Source: Nitrospira sp.
Lineage (GTDB): Bacteria > Nitrospirota > Nitrospiria > Nitrospirales > Nitrospiraceae
DNA length: 64,000 nt
Assembly: GCA_030123605.1 (NCBI GenBank)
Contig: CP126123.1
Location: forward strand, 3,437,237-3,501,236
Direction: 5' to 3'
The notes beneath the pieces were generated by a model. That model was not told the origin of the DNA and made no database searches. It saw only the letters and a program-made list of their open reading frames with translations. A program made the translations under genes and the position numbers. Position 1 is the stretch's first letter, and each line of letters opens with the position of its first letter. Of this stretch, positions 1-10,189 are shown piece by piece.

Positions 1-592
1 CACCCACCAGAATCAGGAACGATAGGGCCAGCATTTTGATCGTCGGGTGCGCATCCACGAAGTCCCCGATGGCCTTGGCCGCCATCAACATCACCACCAC
101 CGCCAGGATGATCGCGACCGCCATGACCGACACGTGTTCGACCAGGCCGACCGCCGTGATCACCGAATCCAGTGAAAAGACGATATCCAGCAGCGCAATC
201 TGCACCAAGACCATGCCCAAGCCGGCGGCTGCGGCAGGAGCATCCTGTTCCTCGATCCCTTCCAGGCTGTTGTGAATTTCATGCGTCGCCTTGGCCATGA
301 GAAACAGTCCGCCCCCGATCAGAATCAGGTCGCGCCCGGAAATGCCCTGCCCGAAAACCGTCACCCAGGGGTGGGTCAGTCCCATCACCCAGGAAATAGA
401 AAACAACAGCGCCAGGCGGGCCATCATCGCCAGGCCGAGTCCGACCCTGCGTGCGAACGCGCGTTGAGTCTCCGGGAGTCGGCCGACGAGCACGGAGAGA
501 AAAATAATGTTGTCGATCCCCAGCACGATTTCCAGTGCGGTGAGGGTTCCCAGGGCGATCCATGCTTCCGGATCGGCAAGCCATTCCACCAT
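1..592 (-). CDS. TerC family integral membrane protein (3' end beyond window edge)
   Basis: Manual translation from ATG at 592: MVEWLADPEAWIALGTLTALEIVLGIDNIIFLSVLV...DIVFSLDSVITAVG, with both TerC signatures (LGIDN, FSLDSV). Alternative ATG at 604. Confidence 0.9.
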   Translation of the reverse strand, partial: MVEWLADPEAWIALGTLTALEIVLGIDNIIFLSVLVGRLPETQRAFARRVGLGLAMMARLALLFSISWVMGLTHPWVTVFGQGISGRDLILIGGGLFLMAKATHEIHNSLEGIEEQDAPAAAAGLGMVLVQIALLDIVFSLDSVITAVGLVEHVSVMAVAIILAVVVMLMAAKAIGDFVDAHPTIKMLALSFLILVG

Positions 593-776
593 CGGCTGCT
601 CCATTCGTGAAAGAAAGGTCGAAGATGTCGGTTGTTACGCGTAGCGGTACGGATTGATGAGCATGGGGAGAGTCTACCGTCCTACGGAAAGCTGCGCAAT
701 CGAAAGGTGGGATGCGGCAGGCGGAGCGGGCTGCGTCCTGTGGTTGGGCACAGGGTCCCGCCCTGCTTCTCTTGGA

Positions 777-1622
777 TCAGGTCCGTCGAAGAAACGCCGG
801 ACGGTCGCGAATCGATACCATCTTGACTAGGTCCCGAATGGACAACACGCCGAGCACCTTCTCGTTCTCGGTGACGGCCAGGTGACGGACCCGTTTGGCC
901 GCCATGAGGTCGCTGGCATCGCGGATGGTCCGGTTGATGTCGATGTCGATCAGCGGCGAATTCATCAGGGCGCCGACCAGTGTCGTCTCCGGATCGAGCT
1001 GAGAGGCGAGCAGTTTCCGCACCAGGTCGGCTTCGGTTACGATGCCGACCAGTTCGTCCGCTTCCGTCACGAACAACGCTCCGATGTGTTTCTCCATCAT
1101 GCGTTGCGCCGAGGTCAGGGCTGTTTCATCGCTGGTGACGGTTTCGATGGCGCGGTTCATGAGGACGCTCAAGGGGCGGTAGACATCCGTGAGAGCCTCC
1201 ACTGGTCCGCCTTCCGCTTCGACGAAGTGTCGCACCAGGTCGCGTACCGAAATGATTCCGAGGACATCGTTGCCCTCGGCGACTGCGAGGTGCCGTATCT
1301 TCTTGGTCTCCATCAGATGACTGGCATCGAGCATCGGGCGGTTCGGTGCAATGGTGACGAGCGGACAGCTCATGATGTCCGCCATGGTGGAGGAGGCGGG
1401 CACGCGGCGTTGTGCCAACACTTTGCCGACCAGATCGGTTTCTGTGACGATCCCGGTGATCCGGCAATCATTCTGCGGGCGATCGACGGTTTCGATCAGG
1501 ACCGAGCCGATGCTGCGTTCCCGCATTCTGGCGGCCGCGGCGACGGCCGTGGCATCCTGCGGGACGACCTCCAATTGACGGTGCATGTAATCACTGACCT
1601 GTTGGCCCGATACGGTCGTCAT
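777..1622 (-). CDS. CBS domain protein (two tandem CBS pairs)
   Basis: Repeated CBS motifs (GIVTETDLV, GIISVRDLV, GIVTEADLV, GVLSIRDLV); good RBS upstream. Confidence 0.9.
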   Translation of the reverse strand: MTTVSGQQVSDYMHRQLEVVPQDATAVAAAARMRERSIGSVLIETVDRPQNDCRITGIVTETDLVGKVLAQRRVPASSTMADIMSCPLVTIAPNRPMLDASHLMETKKIRHLAVAEGNDVLGIISVRDLVRHFVEAEGGPVEALTDVYRPLSVLMNRAIETVTSDETALTSAQRMMEKHIGALFVTEADELVGIVTEADLVRKLLASQLDPETTLVGALMNSPLIDIDINRTIRDASDLMAAKRVRHLAVTENEKVLGVLSIRDLVKMVSIRDRPAFLRRT

Positions 1623-1659
1623 GGTTGTTCCCTTCTTGGTCGGCCGGGACGGCTCTGTG

Positions 1660-4455
1660 TCATGATCCTTCGTGCGAATTCAACCGATGCGCCCGCAATC
1701 GCCCGCCGGCGAATTTGCGGAGTTCTTCGGCCAGCAGGAGTCCGATCGCTCCGAGGGCCAGCGGCCCGAAGATCCAGGCTGGGAGCGAGGCGGTGCCGAA
1801 GACCAAATGCCCGAGCGGGCTGTAGGTTAGCACGAGCAGGATGGTCAGTTCGACTGCTACGCCGACAAGAATTAGGGGATTGCTGAACCAGCCGAGCCGG
1901 AAGGCCGAGAGCCGGTCGGATCGGCAGGCGAACACATTGGCGATCTGAGCCGACACGATACCGGCAAAGGTGACCGTGGTCGCCTCCTTGTACGAAGAGG
2001 ATGTCCAGTCGAGCGGAGTTCCCCAGGTCCAGCCTTGATGAAAGAGATAGAGAAAGAATCCTCCCATCGCAATGCCCGCTTCGATCAACCCCAAAAATCC
2101 ATACGCCCTCAGCAACAGATCTCGACTCATGAGTCGTTCCGTTCGCGGCCGCGGCGGTTCGTCCATGGCGCCGCGTTGCGGCTGTTCCGCCGCCAGCGCC
2201 AAGGCCGGTACCATGTCCGTTCCCAAATCGACGGCGAGGATCTGCGGTACGGTCAAGGCCAGCGGCATGGATGACAGTCCGAACCCCAGGTAGGGTACGA
2301 TCTCCGGCACGTTGCTCGCCAGCACATAGGTCACGAACTTCCGGATGTTTTGATAGACGGTTCGACCCTCTTCGATGGCATTGACGATGGTGGCGAAATT
2401 GTCGTCGAGCAGGATTATCGAAGCGGTTTCCTTGGCGACGTCGGTGCCGGCCACTCCCATGGCGATACCGATGTCCGCCGCCTTCAACGCCGGCGCATCG
2501 TTCACCCCGTCGCCGGTAACGGCAACGACTTCGTGCATGGCTTTCAGCACCGAGACGATGCGCATTTTGTGCCGCGGCGCCATGCGGGCGAACAGCGGGT
2601 CTGGTTCGCCGGGGGCGGTGGGAGTCAATAATTGGCGTAGTTGCTCGTCACTGAGCGTATCGACTTGCGCTCCTTCGATCACCGGCACGAAGCGGCCGGC
2701 CGTCGTCGTCGGCTGGCCCGGAGCCAGACCGATCCGGCACGCGATCGCCCGGGCCGTCAAGGGATGGTCGCCGGTAATCATGATGACGCGGACCCCGGCC
2801 CGCCTGCACTTCTGAATCGCGTCCGGCACTTCGCGATGCGGCGGGTCCATCATGGCCACGAGCCCGAGAAACGTCAGCCGCTGTTCCACCGTCTCGATCT
2901 CCAGCCGCTCCATGCCGCGCTCCACTTCCCGCGTGGCCAGGGCCAACACCCGATAGGCTTGCTCCGCGAAGGCCTGGCTCTGTGCCAGTACCCTCTTGCG
3001 TTCGTCGGACGTGAGGGCCGTCGGCGCCGCCGACCCCTGTTGTGTGTCGCAGAGAGGCAGCACCGATTCAGGCGCGCCTTTGGTGAAGGCCAGCAATCGG
3101 CCTTCGCTCCAGTGGAGGGTCGTCATGCGTTTGCGATCCGCATCGAAGGGCAATTCGCCCATGCGCCGCAGGGGCGGGCGGTGGAGGAGCCCGTGCTCAG
3201 CGACGAATTCCAGCAATGCCGTTTCGGTGGGGTCACCGGTGACAAGACTGCGGCCGTCGGGGCGGCGCATGCGTTTGGCGTTGTTGCAAAGGGTCATGGC
3301 GTCGAAGAGGAGGCGCCAGCGTTCGGCTTCGGCGGCGCTGACGAGACGGTTCCTGGCGAACAGGTAGCCCTCGCGGGATTCGACGACGAGGTCATCCACG
3401 TACAGCCTGTCGAGCCGCATGCGGTTCTCCGTCAGCGTGCCGGTCTTGTCGGTGCAGATGACGGTCGTGCAGCCCAATGTTTCGACGGAGGTGAGGTGCT
3501 TGATGAGCGCCTTGCGTTTGGCCATGCGCTGGCTGCCCATCGCGAGGGCGAGAGTGACGGTCGGCAGAAGGCCCTCGGGCACGTTGGCTACGATGATGCC
3601 GATGCCGAAAATCGCACTGGTCCAGAAGCCCAGCCCCATGCCCACTCCGATGGTGAAAAAGATCACTCCCATCAGGATGGAAAGTCCGGCGACCAGGTGG
3701 GTGACCTGTACGATCTCCTGCTGCAAGGGACTCAATCCCGTCCGCACCGTCGTCGCGAGGTGGGCGATTTTACCGAACTCCGTCTGAAGGCCGGTGGCGA
3801 AGACGACCGCCTGGCCGTGACCTGAGAGGACCGTCGTGCCGGCGAAAACCAGATTGGCGATGTCGAGGGGGTGGCCTTCGGTGATCGGTTCGGCCGAGCG
3901 CCGTTGGGGTTTTGATTCCCCGGTGAGGGAGGAATTGTCGACGCGAAGCCCGACGGTTTCGATGAGTCTGGCGTCGGCGGGAATCTGCTCGCCTTCTTCC
4001 AGCACGAGGACGTCGCCCGGCACCAGCTCGCTGCGAGGCACCTGCTGATGCTGCCCCTCACGCAGGACCCAGGCCTTGGCCGGCAACAGGCCGCGCAGGG
4101 CTTGGACCGCGCGTTCAGCTCGGTATTCTTGCAGAAAGGCGAAGACGGCGTTGATCAGGATGACGCCGAGGATCGCCCAACCGAGCATGGCCATGCCTTC
4201 GCCGGGGTGAAGCTTGTCGGCGAGGAAGGCGAGGCCTGCCGCAAACCAGAGGAGGAGTGCCAAGAAGTGTGTGAACTGACGGGCGAACCGGCTGAGGAGC
4301 GAAACTCCGCCCAGGTCCTGCAGGCTGTTCGGCCCGTAGCGGAGAGCCCTCCGCCGCACATCGTCCGGAGAGAGGCCCTGCGGTGAGGTGACAAGCGCGC
4401 GATAGACCTGGCTGGGGGCCAGGCGGCAGATCTCCAGCGCAGTCAATTCAGGCAC
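1660..4455 (-). CDS. Cation-transporting P-type ATPase, P2C (Na+/K+ or H+/K+)-like
   Basis: TGES, DKTGT, GDGVND motifs; TM4 VANVPEGL, TM5 YVLASNVPE, TM6 DLGTDMVPA. GTG start overlaps the USP stop. Confidence 0.92.
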   Translation of the reverse strand: MPELTALEICRLAPSQVYRALVTSPQGLSPDDVRRRALRYGPNSLQDLGGVSLLSRFARQFTHFLALLLWFAAGLAFLADKLHPGEGMAMLGWAILGVILINAVFAFLQEYRAERAVQALRGLLPAKAWVLREGQHQQVPRSELVPGDVLVLEEGEQIPADARLIETVGLRVDNSSLTGESKPQRRSAEPITEGHPLDIANLVFAGTTVLSGHGQAVVFATGLQTEFGKIAHLATTVRTGLSPLQQEIVQVTHLVAGLSILMGVIFFTIGVGMGLGFWTSAIFGIGIIVANVPEGLLPTVTLALAMGSQRMAKRKALIKHLTSVETLGCTTVICTDKTGTLTENRMRLDRLYVDDLVVESREGYLFARNRLVSAAEAERWRLLFDAMTLCNNAKRMRRPDGRSLVTGDPTETALLEFVAEHGLLHRPPLRRMGELPFDADRKRMTTLHWSEGRLLAFTKGAPESVLPLCDTQQGSAAPTALTSDERKRVLAQSQAFAEQAYRVLALATREVERGMERLEIETVEQRLTFLGLVAMMDPPHREVPDAIQKCRRAGVRVIMITGDHPLTARAIACRIGLAPGQPTTTAGRFVPVIEGAQVDTLSDEQLRQLLTPTAPGEPDPLFARMAPRHKMRIVSVLKAMHEVVAVTGDGVNDAPALKAADIGIAMGVAGTDVAKETASIILLDDNFATIVNAIEEGRTVYQNIRKFVTYVLASNVPEIVPYLGFGLSSMPLALTVPQILAVDLGTDMVPALALAAEQPQRGAMDEPPRPRTERLMSRDLLLRAYGFLGLIEAGIAMGGFFLYLFHQGWTWGTPLDWTSSSYKEATTVTFAGIVSAQIANVFACRSDRLSAFRLGWFSNPLILVGVAVELTILLVLTYSPLGHLVFGTASLPAWIFGPLALGAIGLLLAEELRKFAGGRLRAHRLNSHEGS

Positions 4456-5350
4456 GCCATCCTCGTACGATCAGCACGGAACAGGAAGCATATTTCAGCA
4501 GCGTTTCCGACACGCTTCCCAACCGGAGCCGTTCCGATTTCGTCAATCCTCGCGATCCCGCTACCAGCAGATCCACCTGGGCCGAGGCGGCTTGCCGGAT
4601 GAGCGAGTCGGTGACATGGTCGATCCGCACCTGCGTCGTGACGGCGTAACCTTCGCGCAGGAACCGGTTGCGCAGTTTTTCTACCGTCTGTTCGGCGGCC
4701 TGTCGTTTCGGGGCGGAGAGCTGGTCCACCTGGTCCTTCGAGAGGTACTTCTCGGCGAGTTCCGTCACCACCGGTTCGACGACCGAACAGACGGTCAGCT
4801 TGGCGGACTCCGGCAGGAGTTTGCAAAGGAAACTGCAGGCGCCCTGCGTGTGTTGAGAGGCATCGGCGGCGAAGAGCACCTGGGACAGTACCGTGAGCGG
4901 ACGTTTGACCACCAGGACCGAGCAGGGAGCCAGCGCGCTGACCTTGCGGGAGACACTACCCAGGAGATAACTTTCCATATCGCTCAACCCACGCGATCCG
5001 AGTACTAGGAGGTCGACCTTCTTGCGTTTGGCCTGCGCGGTGATCGTATCGCCCACCCGTCCATGGGCGAGGACCGTTTCGATGGTGGTGTGAGGTTTCG
5101 TGGTGGCCTGCTGCAGAGCGATTCGTGCGAGACCCTCGAAGCGGCGCAGGATTTGGTCGCCGGCCTTCACCATGGCGGCTGAGGCCTGTTTGGAGAGGGA
5201 GGCCTGTTTGCGAACGGCGGATTTCAACGAAGTGTTGTCGACGACGTGGAGCAAGGTCACCGTTTCCGGCGGACGATCGGCAATGGCCGACAGCATCTGC
5301 ACGCTCCACTCGGCGAATCCCGATCCATCCACTGCGATCATCATATTCAT
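4448..5350 (-). CDS. Universal stress protein (tandem USP domains)
   Basis: IAVDGS start; two GSRG...LGSVS motifs; start placed at ATG 5350 after a GGAG RBS. Confidence 0.9.
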   Translation of the reverse strand: MNMMIAVDGSGFAEWSVQMLSAIADRPPETVTLLHVVDNTSLKSAVRKQASLSKQASAAMVKAGDQILRRFEGLARIALQQATTKPHTTIETVLAHGRVGDTITAQAKRKKVDLLVLGSRGLSDMESYLLGSVSRKVSALAPCSVLVVKRPLTVLSQVLFAADASQHTQGACSFLCKLLPESAKLTVCSVVEPVVTELAEKYLSKDQVDQLSAPKRQAAEQTVEKLRNRFLREGYAVTTQVRIDHVTDSLIRQAASAQVDLLVAGSRGLTKSERLRLGSVSETLLKYASCSVLIVRGWRA

Positions 5351-5668
5351 GGACAGTTCTCCAAGGAATAAGGTCTGGGGTCCTGGAATGAGGTCTGCAT
5401 CGGATATGCCTGCGAAGTGGAACCGGTCCAAAGAGGGATCTCGCGCGATGCCCGACGGTTGACTCGACAGAACAGTGGTTCCACGCGGGTGCGGTTGCGG
5501 CGTTTTGCGGCAGTAGAAGTCGTTTCATTGGGGTAATTGGCGTCAGTCGAATCCGGTGCACAGAGGAGAACATGATGCAGGTGAGCGAATCAGGCAGGAG
5601 GCGAGCCGTGATGACCGGTCGGCGGCCGAGGCATCATGATTGCGTTGTATTATTGGAAGGAGGGATCG

Positions 5669-6217
5669 ATGGAAAGACGTGGTGTGACACGCAGGTTCAC
5701 ATCTCAGTTGGTGAGCGGGGTTCTTGGTGTGACGCTGTGGTTCGTCGGGGTAGAGGCCGTCGCAGGCGGCGTCGTGGCTCGTGTGTTGCCGAGCGATGAC
5801 GCCATTGAGTTGGAGATTCCCACCGACATCGGTCCGCAAAGGGAGACGATTCCGCTCTATCGCAGCGGGAAAATCCGATACTTCAGCGCCGGCATCGGCC
5901 AGGTCGAGCGCGAGGCTGCCTACCCGCCGTTTTCGTTGAAGCTGGTTTTTACGGCTGGCGGGAAGCCCTTCGTGACCGGTGTGGCCTTGTCTCTTCGCGA
6001 TGCCAAGGGAGCGACGGTGTTGACCGTTCCCGGAGAGCAGATCTCAGGCCCCTGGTTTTTCATCGACCTGCCGGAGGGTACGTATGAGATCGCGGCGACG
6101 TTGGGCGGCCAGCAGCAACAGGTGAAGGGCATCAAGGTCAAACAGGGCGGGACGACCACCCAGCACGTGCGTTGGGCGGAGGACAGGAGTCCGCCCCTGG
6201 CGGCAACGGCGGAGTGA
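5669..6217 (+). CDS. Exported hypothetical protein with carboxypeptidase-regulatory-like beta-sandwich
   Basis: Strong RBS (GGAAGGAGGG) before ATG 5669; signal-peptide-like N-terminus; GPWFFIDLPEGTYEIAAT pattern. Confidence 0.65.
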   Translation: MERRGVTRRFTSQLVSGVLGVTLWFVGVEAVAGGVVARVLPSDDAIELEIPTDIGPQRETIPLYRSGKIRYFSAGIGQVEREAAYPPFSLKLVFTAGGKPFVTGVALSLRDAKGATVLTVPGEQISGPWFFIDLPEGTYEIAATLGGQQQQVKGIKVKQGGTTTQHVRWAEDRSPPLAATAE

Positions 6218-6290
6218 AGGCGTGCGAACGACAGGTATCGGATAGGTCGAGGGAGGGATCTATGGTGAAGGCAGATCAAGACCGACCGAA

Positions 6291-7523
6291 TCACACCAGA
6301 ATCGGGGGCTGGTTGCCCGGTGGAACAGGCTGTTTCCGAGCGGCAGAAGAGAAGGTGATGCCGATGATCGTGAGGACGCAGAACAGGGCTCCCGCATAGA
6401 ATGTGAATGGAGCGCCGAGGCTATCCCATACCAATCCGGCCAAGACACTGGCGAGAAGCATGGCGAGCCCCGAGACGAGGTTGAAGCAGCCGTATGCGGT
6501 TCCTCGCAGGTCGGCCGGTGTCGTATCCGCCACCATGGTGGCCAGCAGACCTTGCGTCATCCCCATGTGAATGCCCCAGAGGGCGACACCTCCCAGCACC
6601 GTGCTCCAGCGATCGTCCGAGGCTAAAACCAGATCCGCCGCAATCAACACCACCAGGCCGAGCGTGAGAAGCTTCCTGTGGCTCATGCGATCGGAAAGCC
6701 TGCCGAACGGATAGGCCGAAGCCGCGTAGACCAGGTTCATCGCGACCATGACGAGGGGAATCAGGGCGACAGGGATTCCGCCCTGCTGCGCGCGGAGGAC
6801 AAGGAAGGCTTCGCTGAATCGAGCCAGCGTGAAGACGGCTCCGACTCCCACCACCCACCAATAGGCAGATCCTAAGCTGGTAAAATTGCCAAGGCTGAGG
6901 GGGTTCCTTCTCCGATCGGCTTGCCGGAGCGCAGGTTCCCGTATCCCGACCAGCAGGAGTGCCACGGCCATTATGCCCGGTATGACGGCCACCCAGAAGA
7001 CCGCCCGAAAATCATCGGCCCAGAGCAGCATTAACCCCACTGCGAGCAGGGGACCGAGAAAGGCTCCCACCGTATCGAGCGATTGCCGCAAACCGAATGC
7101 TGCGCCACGGAGCTGCGGTGGCGCGATGTCCGCCACCAACGCATCGCGCGGCGCGCCTCGCACACCCTTGCCCACTCGATCCAACAGGCGGGCGGTCAGC
7201 AGGGTGCCGATATCCGGAGCCACCGCGAAGAGGGGTTTGGTCAGGGCTCCCAAGGCGTAACCGAACAAAGCCAATCCCTTCCGTCTGCCGAGATAGTCGC
7301 TCAAGGTTCCTGAAAAGACCTTGACCACGAGCGCGAGGGACTCGGCCAGCCCTTCCACGATGCCGACTGCGATCGTACCGGCGCCGAGGGTCGTGACCAT
7401 GAACAGGGGCAGCAGGCTGTGGATCATTTCCGACGAGATGTCCATCAGCAGACTGACAAAGCCCAGCACCCAGATGCCGGACGGCATCTGGCGAAGGGAA
7501 CTGTTTGGCTGCAGATTTGGCAT
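6291..7523 (-). CDS. MFS transporter
   Basis: About 12 hydrophobic segments; MFS loop motifs GTLSDYLGRRK and GRLSDRMSHRK. Confidence 0.9.
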   Translation of the reverse strand: MPNLQPNSSLRQMPSGIWVLGFVSLLMDISSEMIHSLLPLFMVTTLGAGTIAVGIVEGLAESLALVVKVFSGTLSDYLGRRKGLALFGYALGALTKPLFAVAPDIGTLLTARLLDRVGKGVRGAPRDALVADIAPPQLRGAAFGLRQSLDTVGAFLGPLLAVGLMLLWADDFRAVFWVAVIPGIMAVALLLVGIREPALRQADRRRNPLSLGNFTSLGSAYWWVVGVGAVFTLARFSEAFLVLRAQQGGIPVALIPLVMVAMNLVYAASAYPFGRLSDRMSHRKLLTLGLVVLIAADLVLASDDRWSTVLGGVALWGIHMGMTQGLLATMVADTTPADLRGTAYGCFNLVSGLAMLLASVLAGLVWDSLGAPFTFYAGALFCVLTIIGITFSSAARKQPVPPGNQPPILV

Positions 7524-7551
7524 GGGATCCTGCGAAGGGGCCGACGACGGT

Positions 7552-7887
7552 CTACATCGTTGAGCGGGGGGTATACATGATGACCGCCATGCCGATCAGG
7601 CAGATGACGGCTCCGATGAGATCGAATCGGTCCGGCCTGGTACCGTCCACGCCCCATCCCCAGAGCAACGAGAGGATGATGAACATCCCGCCATAGGCCG
7701 CGTAGACCCGTCCAAAATGAGCGGGTTGCAAGGTTGGAACGATTCCGTAGAGAATCAGGAGCATCGCTCCTGCCACGGCATAACCGAGGGACTTGCCTTC
7801 GCGAAACCAAAGCCAGACGAGATAGCCGCCGCCGATTTCGCAGAGTCCGGCGATGACGAACAGACCGATCGACAGGGGGAATGACAT
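7552..7887 (-). CDS. ynfA: YnfA/UPF0060 family small multidrug-resistance-like membrane protein
   Basis: [15 protein letters not shown] and [10 protein letters not shown] signatures; start ATG 7887 with GGAGG RBS. Confidence 0.9.
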   Translation of the reverse strand: MSFPLSIGLFVIAGLCEIGGGYLVWLWFREGKSLGYAVAGAMLLILYGIVPTLQPAHFGRVYAAYGGMFIILSLLWGWGVDGTRPDRFDLIGAVICLIGMAVIMYTPRSTM

Positions 7888-7934
7888 CGGTGCCTCCTCA
7901 CGCCGCCTTTCCTGTTTCGACGGCGCACCTGTTT

Positions 7935-8468
7935 TTAGATACAGGGGTTGCGAGAGAACAGTGTGATGGGAAGTTCTTTGTGATGAACATGGAGAATCAC
8001 GCCGCCGAACAATCGCGGAAGGAATGACAGCTCCTGCCGCTGTTGATCGGCGACAATGTTTCGAACCCTCACCGCCCAGGCGTCCGGTCCCTGCTGATCC
8101 TCGGACGTCCCGTTCATCAGGTGTAACAATCGTCCCTGTTGCCAGGCCTTGACGGGGCCGGCTTGGACGTTGCTGCTTCTGGTTCCGTTTGATTCGCTGG
8201 CTCCCAATGTCAGGCGTCCGGTTTCCAGCGCCTCCACCACATCCTCTCGCAGGGCTGGACAATCGAACCGAACTGCACGGACGTGGTGTAGGGCCTTAAA
8301 GGCCGCCTCGTCCGCCAAAAACTGTCGATATTCTTCCAGCTTCGAAATCGTATGGGTTTGGACATTCAGAACTCGACAGAGGTCCGGTGGACACCATACG
8401 AGAAACAGCACCACCGAGAGAGTTGCCAGCCCGGCAAGAACGAAGCGGGTCAGGGGCGTTCGATTCAC
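7935..8468 (-). CDS. Hypothetical exported/membrane-anchored protein
   Basis: GGAGG RBS before GTG 8468; one N-terminal hydrophobic helix; no family recognised. Confidence 0.45.
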   Translation of the reverse strand: MNRTPLTRFVLAGLATLSVVLFLVWCPPDLCRVLNVQTHTISKLEEYRQFLADEAAFKALHHVRAVRFDCPALREDVVEALETGRLTLGASESNGTRSSNVQAGPVKAWQQGRLLHLMNGTSEDQQGPDAWAVRVRNIVADQQRQELSFLPRLFGGVILHVHHKELPITLFSRNPCI

Positions 8469-8721
8469 ATTGCCTCCCACGAGGGAACCATCGCCTGAAG
8501 ATGGCTCCGGTTCCTGAAATCCTGCGATCGGACACGTATTCATCCCTGTGTTGATAAACCATCCGGAACAGCGTTGTCCAATCTCAGGGACCATGCCATT
8601 TCTGCGGCAGCCTTCTATGAGAAGGGGCAGATCGGCTTTTTCAAACCAGGGAACAGGTGACCTGCTCGGACGAATCCATTTCTTGCTCCGTGAGGAGAAT
8701 TCCCGTATACAGAACGATACA

Positions 8722-8775
8722 CAGGGGATGGAGTCCCCCGTATAACCGCCTCGCCAGGCTGATGACTCCTACGCT
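8722..8775 (+). ncRNA. Fluoride riboswitch (crcB motif)
   Basis: GGGGATGGAGTCCCCCGTATAACCGCCTCGCCAGGCTGATGACTCCTAC matches the consensus GGnGAUGGnGUUCnCC...AACCGC...GCUGAUGACUCCUAC, including pseudoknot complementarity (GGAGT/ACTCC); lies about 90 nt upstream of an antiporter gene. Confidence 0.9.
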
Positions 8776-8862
8776 ACGACGATCGTAGCGCCGGAGCTGT
8801 CGCCCATCGGACGACAGAGCTGTGAGGTGGTTGCTTTTTTGTCCGAAACGGAGGACTCCTCG

Positions 8863-10068
8863 ATGGAACAGCTCTTTGCGACTGCCGCCCTGTGGTTCGC
8901 CCTCGCCCTTCTCTCCGCCCTGCTCGCCGCGCAACTGCGCTTGTCGATCGCCTTGGTCGAAATCTGCGTCGGGGTCGGTATGGCGGCCCTCACCGGCTGG
9001 TTCGATGTCCGTGATGCGTTGGCGTCGCATGCCGAGTGGGTGAAGTTCCTCGCCTCTGCCGGAGCCGTGGTCTTGACCTTTCTCGCCGGGGCGGAATTGG
9101 ACCCCGACGTGATCCGGATGAAATTGACGGAAGTCACTGTCGTGGGACTGGTGGGGTTTCTGGCCCCTTTTCTGGGCTGCGCCGCCGTCGCGTTCTACGG
9201 ACTCGGATGGAATCGGCAGGCCAGCGTGTTGTGCGGCATCGCCCTGTCCACGACATCGATGGCCGTGGTTTACGCGGTGATGCTGGAAACCGGCTTGAAT
9301 AAGACCGAATTCGGCAAGGGTATTCTCGCGTCCTGCTTCGTCAATGACCTGGGAACGGTGATTGCCCTTGGGTTGCTGTTCGCCCCGTTCACCTACAGGA
9401 CCCTGGTCTTTCTTGCGGCAGGAACGGCAGTCCTTGCGGCTTTGCCGGCATTGACGGAACGGCTGACCAGACTCTATGCGTTTCGTACGGCCGCGATCCG
9501 GACCAAATGGGTCATGCTGATCTTGTTTGGATTGGGCGCCCTCGCCCTCTGGTCGGGAAGCGAAGCGGTTCTCCCGGCCTACCTCGCGGGCATGGTGCTG
9601 GCCGGCAGTGCGGCAAGGGATAACCATTGGATTCGCCGGTTGCGGACCATGACGGTGGGGTTTCTCACCCCGTTTTATTTCATTCGAGCCGGGACGTTGG
9701 TCTCGCTGCCGGCGTTACTGGCAGCTCCCCTCGTCTTCCTCGCCCTCCTCATGGGCAAGGTCGCCTGCAAGATTTTCGGCCTCTATCCCGTGATCGGCCT
9801 CTTCCGCCGCGAGCGAACCGAACGTTGGTATTACACCTTGCTGATGTCCACCGGCCTGACCTTCGGGACCATTTCAGCCCTGTATGGGTTGACACACGGT
9901 ATCGTGACACAGGGCCAGTATTCATTTTTGGTCTCAGCCGTCATCGCGAGCGCAGTGGTGCCGACAGCCATTGCGGGGCTGTTCTTCATGCCGACACAAC
10001 TTCTGCCGGAATCGGCCCTTCCCGGTAAGCCGGTCCGTCGGCTGAACGGCCCGAGCGATGAGGGGTAG
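8863..10068 (+). CDS. Cation:proton antiporter (CPA/Na+/H+ exchanger family)
   Basis: About 12 TM segments; STTSMAVV and VNDLGT CPA motifs; GGAGG RBS before ATG 8863. Confidence 0.88.
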   Translation: MEQLFATAALWFALALLSALLAAQLRLSIALVEICVGVGMAALTGWFDVRDALASHAEWVKFLASAGAVVLTFLAGAELDPDVIRMKLTEVTVVGLVGFLAPFLGCAAVAFYGLGWNRQASVLCGIALSTTSMAVVYAVMLETGLNKTEFGKGILASCFVNDLGTVIALGLLFAPFTYRTLVFLAAGTAVLAALPALTERLTRLYAFRTAAIRTKWVMLILFGLGALALWSGSEAVLPAYLAGMVLAGSAARDNHWIRRLRTMTVGFLTPFYFIRAGTLVSLPALLAAPLVFLALLMGKVACKIFGLYPVIGLFRRERTERWYYTLLMSTGLTFGTISALYGLTHGIVTQGQYSFLVSAVIASAVVPTAIAGLFFMPTQLLPESALPGKPVRRLNGPSDEG

Positions 10069-10189
10069 CCGATAACAGGCGGGGGTTCTGTCCGGCGCTC
10101 TCCTCACCGGCAACGTCCTTCCCGCATGCCCTGACCCAGCAGTGGGTGATCCTGCCCCGGATCGCCCTCGACCGTGACGATATCGCGGC

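Noticed and set aside
5430-5640. FNR/CRP-type boxes upstream of USP and ATPase operons
   Set aside because: Only half-sites (TTGAC/TTGAT) found, with no properly spaced TTGAT-N4-ATCAA.
7888-8262. Long N-terminal extensions in the ORF track (7552..8262, 10318..11031, 14910..16184, 16825..18771, 46801..48510, 48387..49949)
   Set aside because: Downstream starts have clear RBSs and match family N-termini; the extensions overlap neighbouring genes or riboswitch/promoter DNA.
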